A stretch of 64,000 bases of DNA from assembly GCA_965219415.1 (NCBI GenBank), contig OZ244742.1, forward strand, positions 896,001 through 960,000. Direction: 5' to 3'. A program made the position numbers and the translations under genes. The notes below the pieces were generated by a model. The model was given only the letters and a program-made list of their open reading frames with translations. It made no database searches and was not told the origin of the DNA. Shown piece after piece: positions 60,858 to 64,000 of this stretch (within the stretch, counting starts at the first letter, position 1; the number at the start of each line of letters is the position of its first letter). The stretch is from Candidatus Marinacidobacterales bacterium. GTDB lineage: Bacteria > Acidobacteriota > Vicinamibacteria > Marinacidobacterales > DATDRI01.

Positions 60858-62582
60858 CTAGGCTGTCGTGCCGATGTAGCCCTGGCGTTCCAGGTGCAGC
60901 ATGATCTGGTTGGCAGCCTCCTCGGGGCTCATGTCCGTTGTATTGACGGTAACTTCCGCCGCCGGAGGTGCCTCATAAGGATCGGATATACCCGTGAACT
61001 CTTTGATGATGCCCGCTCGAGCCTTGGCGTACATGCCCTTGCGATCCCGCTGCTCACAGACCTCCAGAGGCGTCGCGATGTGGACTAGGCAGAACCCGCC
61101 GACGCTCTCGATCAGGCTACGCACTTCGCGACGCACGCTCTCGTATGGGGCGATGGGGGCACAGATGGCAATACCACCGTTCTGCGATATCTCGGACGCC
61201 ACATAACCGATGCGGAGGATGTTGATGTCTCGATGCTCTTTCGAAAAACCCAGCTCTGACGACAAGTTCTTGCGGACGATGTCTCCGTCCAGGAGCGTCA
61301 CCGGACGGCCACCCAGTTCTAAAAACTTGACGAGGAGCACGTTGGCAACGGTGGACTTTCCGGCGCCGGAGAGCCCCGTAAAGAAAACGGTGAACCCCTG
61401 TTTGTGTCGGGGTGGATGGGTGCGCTGCAGCTCTTTCGCCACCTCCGGGAAGCTAAACCAGCCCGGGATCTCCCTGCCGCTCGCAAGTCGCTCCCTCAAC
61501 TCCGTCCCGGAAATATTGAGGGTCCGCTTCCCTTCTGGAACCTCGTCGACCGGAAAGTAAGTATCTTGGTCCTCGACGTATACGACCATCTTGAAGGGAA
61601 CCATTGCGACGCCGAGCTCTGACTCGTGCTTCTTCAGAAGCTCCTGAGCGTCGTAGGGCCCATAGAACGGCTTCCCCTTCGAGTCACTACCCGGACCGGC
61701 ATGGTCTCTCCCAACGATGAGATGCGTACACCCGTAGTTCTTACGGATGATCGCGTGCCAGACCGCTTCTCTCGGTCCACCCATGCGCATGGCCAACGCC
61801 AACAGAGACAGCTTGACGGAGTTTTTGGGATAGTGAGGCAGCAGTGATTGATAGCACCGAACGCGAGTGTAGTGATCCAGATCCCCGGGTTTGGTCATTC
61901 CAACGACCGGATGGATCAAGAGATTGGCCTCGGCCTCTTTGGCGGCTCGCAGAGTCAGCTCGAAATGTGCACGATGCATCGGATTACGGGTTTGAAACGC
62001 GACGACCCGCCGCCAGCCGAGCCGGGAGAAACTGGCCCGAAGCTCCTCGGGCGAGAGCCGAAGAGAACGGAAATCGTAGTGAATCGGGAGTTGAAGACCC
62101 TCGAGTCTTCCGCCCACATAGTTCGGATTCGTTCTCTCGAGTAGGTGCGCCACACCCGGATGCTCGACGCTCTCCGACCCATATACGGACTTCGCTTCGG
62201 CAGTTCGATCGGGTTGCCATACGTCATCCACGTGCAACGCCGCCAGCATGACGCCTTCTGGATCCCGAAGCGCCAATGCGGAGCCGGACTCGAGTCCCTT
62301 CGCCATCTCTTCCGTCACGTCGAGCGTGATCGGAATTGGCCAGAGCGTGCCATCGGCAAGGCGCATCGACTCGCAGACTTTTTCGTAGTCGGCGCGCCCC
62401 ATGAACCCCGTCAAAGGCGAAAAGCCACCGTTGAGCAGCAACTCGAGGTCACAGAGCTGCCGAGCAGTGAGATCCCAGGAAGGCCAATCACGGGATGCGG
62501 CTTGGATCTCGGCACGCCGCCCGTCGGAAACAATGAAGTTCTGCAGTGCCTCCCCATGGGGCTCGACAAGGTGAGTGGACAC
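60858..62582 (-). CDS. sat: Bifunctional sulfate adenylyltransferase / adenylyl-sulfate kinase
   Basis: GGFSPL.GFM, FQTRNPMHRAH, VGRDHAG; kinase domain FTGLSGAGKST, LLDGD, RDRKGMY, FTGISDPYE. Confidence 0.95.
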   Translation of the reverse strand: MSTHLVEPHGEALQNFIVSDGRRAEIQAASRDWPSWDLTARQLCDLELLLNGGFSPLTGFMGRADYEKVCESMRLADGTLWPIPITLDVTEEMAKGLESGSALALRDPEGVMLAALHVDDVWQPDRTAEAKSVYGSESVEHPGVAHLLERTNPNYVGGRLEGLQLPIHYDFRSLRLSPEELRASFSRLGWRRVVAFQTRNPMHRAHFELTLRAAKEAEANLLIHPVVGMTKPGDLDHYTRVRCYQSLLPHYPKNSVKLSLLALAMRMGGPREAVWHAIIRKNYGCTHLIVGRDHAGPGSDSKGKPFYGPYDAQELLKKHESELGVAMVPFKMVVYVEDQDTYFPVDEVPEGKRTLNISGTELRERLASGREIPGWFSFPEVAKELQRTHPPRHKQGFTVFFTGLSGAGKSTVANVLLVKFLELGGRPVTLLDGDIVRKNLSSELGFSKEHRDINILRIGYVASEISQNGGIAICAPIAPYESVRREVRSLIESVGGFCLVHIATPLEVCEQRDRKGMYAKARAGIIKEFTGISDPYEAPPAAEVTVNTTDMSPEEAANQIMLHLERQGYIGTTA

Positions 62583-62933
62583 GAGATTCCCCTCTAGCTG
62601 AAATATCAGGCGGAATGGACCGACAGTCGGTTAGACGCCGGCCGGGCGGCTCCGCGCCACCCCTTCCTACGCAGTAAAGCGGCCCGTACCCGTTCTTTGG
62701 CGTGGGGCCGCTCCTGCAATCGCTCAATATATTCAATGGGCTCGATTAAGTCAATGTCGAGCCTGCGGGCCCAGGGCCGGGTGGTTCCACATTTGCCGCA
62801 TGTTGCCTTTTCCCGACACCCATGGCACAATTCTAGAAGTTCCTTTTCCCAGTCAGAATAAAAGTTCACGAAGCGGAAGCCCCCCGGCGTCCCTGTTGGC
62901 TCGGGCGTTCTTGTCTTCGACGCGGGTGACCAA

Positions 62934-64000
62934 ATGCGCCAAATGCGATTGACCACGAAACCCATCCTCGTTGGCAGTCTAGCGGCGGCATTGCTCGTCG
63001 TTCCCAATGCGTTGCCGGTTCTTGCGCAGAGCGAGCACCTAACCCAGGCCGAAATCGACTCGGCGATCGAGGAAAGCCTCTGGAAGCTGGGCCCTTTCCG
63101 CATGAGACCGCAGATCCGCATCGGGGCCGGCTACGACTCGAACAGCCTCTCCTCCGCCTCCGCAACCGAACAAATCGACGACTTTACCGCCAGGATCGCT
63201 CCCGGGATCCGCGTCGTGACTCCAATGAAAAACCGGGCGCTCCTCGAAGTCTACGAGGAAGTGAACTTCGTCTACTACAACCAGGTCGAAAACTTGCGCG
63301 ACATTTACAACGTGACGCGCTTGGGGGGCGCGGTGGGAGGGAGGAAGGTCCTCTTTCGCGTCTACGACGAGTTTCGGAATGGAAGAACTCGACCTTCCAG
63401 CGAGTTCGACATTCCGGCCAACCGAAGACAAAACACTCTGCTAGCCGAGATGGACCTATCGCTAGGAACACGCCATTTGCTCACTTTCGGCTACCGTCAC
63501 AATCGTCTGCGATATCAAGACGAATTCCTGAGTCCGCTCCGTTCCACGGAGCTGCTGAACCGAACCGAGCACACTTACCGTCTCCGCCTTACCCGACGCC
63601 TCAGCTCGAAGACCTCCGCGATCGTCGAGGGTTCGTATCAGCTCATGGATTTCGATGAGGCGGCATCGTTGCGGGACGGTCAAGCCTACCGGGCCGAGGG
63701 GGGCTTCGAATTCAACCCCCAATCCAACGTGAGGGGGCAGGTGCTAATAGGCTACAAACATATGGTCCCCGAGTTCCGGCTACAGCCAGAGTACTCGGGA
63801 CTCATCGGGTCCGTGGATGTTCTCACACGCATGGGTGAGCGGTTCGATGTCAGAACGCTCTACTCCCGCGACACCTTTCCGTCAGTGGTAGCAGGAAATT
63901 GGTACTTCATCGAGCATCGCTTCGGAGGCGACGTCGATGTTTGGGTCACCCGGTCCTTATACGTTACGCCCGGCGTGGTCTTGGGCCGAAACAACTATCC
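62934..64000 (+). CDS. Outer-membrane beta-barrel of the polysaccharide-associated porin (BBP2-like) type; runs off the window end
   Basis: Not in the ORF track because it has no stop in the window. Hand translation: MRQMRLTTKPILVGSLAAALLVVPNALPVLA-QSE...LGPFRMRPQIRIGAGYDSN...DDFTARIAPG...G.VLIGYK; frame stays open to 64000. Confidence 0.8.
   Translation, partial: MRQMRLTTKPILVGSLAAALLVVPNALPVLAQSEHLTQAEIDSAIEESLWKLGPFRMRPQIRIGAGYDSNSLSSASATEQIDDFTARIAPGIRVVTPMKNRALLEVYEEVNFVYYNQVENLRDIYNVTRLGGAVGGRKVLFRVYDEFRNGRTRPSSEFDIPANRRQNTLLAEMDLSLGTRHLLTFGYRHNRLRYQDEFLSPLRSTELLNRTEHTYRLRLTRRLSSKTSAIVEGSYQLMDFDEAASLRDGQAYRAEGGFEFNPQSNVRGQVLIGYKHMVPEFRLQPEYSGLIGSVDVLTRMGERFDVRTLYSRDTFPSVVAGNWYFIEHRFGGDVDVWVTRSLYVTPGVVLGRNNY

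Overview
High-GC bacterial chromosomal window, mostly housekeeping and envelope genes. The gene style suggests Acidobacteriota, possibly Vicinamibacteria-like; this is inference only. Recognisable genes: acpS, ccdA, cytochrome c, lepB, TlpA, adenosine-specific kinase, hisC-like aminotransferase, lpxA, LeuA-family synthase, M19 and M28 peptidases, fabI, an amidase with a GatC-like partner, ligA, NUDIX, lysA, cysteine desulfurase-like, ygfZ-pduO-thiI, FHA-GAF-PP2C phosphatase, hsp20-lon-ymdB, xseA-xseB-ispA-tlyA-nadK, and a polysaccharide export region (OPX, cysQ, sat/cysC, beta-barrel). One complete ISL3 element is present (8599-9982; 24-bp inverted repeats, 8-bp target duplication, slippery A7). 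I found no rRNA, tRNA or CRISPR array. Eight accessory genes carry reading-frame breaks, which may be long-read assembly errors or real decay. The most unusual observations are several catalytically degenerate paralogues (DnaB-like, MglA-like missing its P-loop, PIN-like, CarD-like), a probable sulfated-exopolysaccharide locus with a split OPX/beta-barrel exporter, and two unexplained structured non-coding repeats (318-490 and 59366-59642). All calls come from reading motifs by eye; no database search was run.
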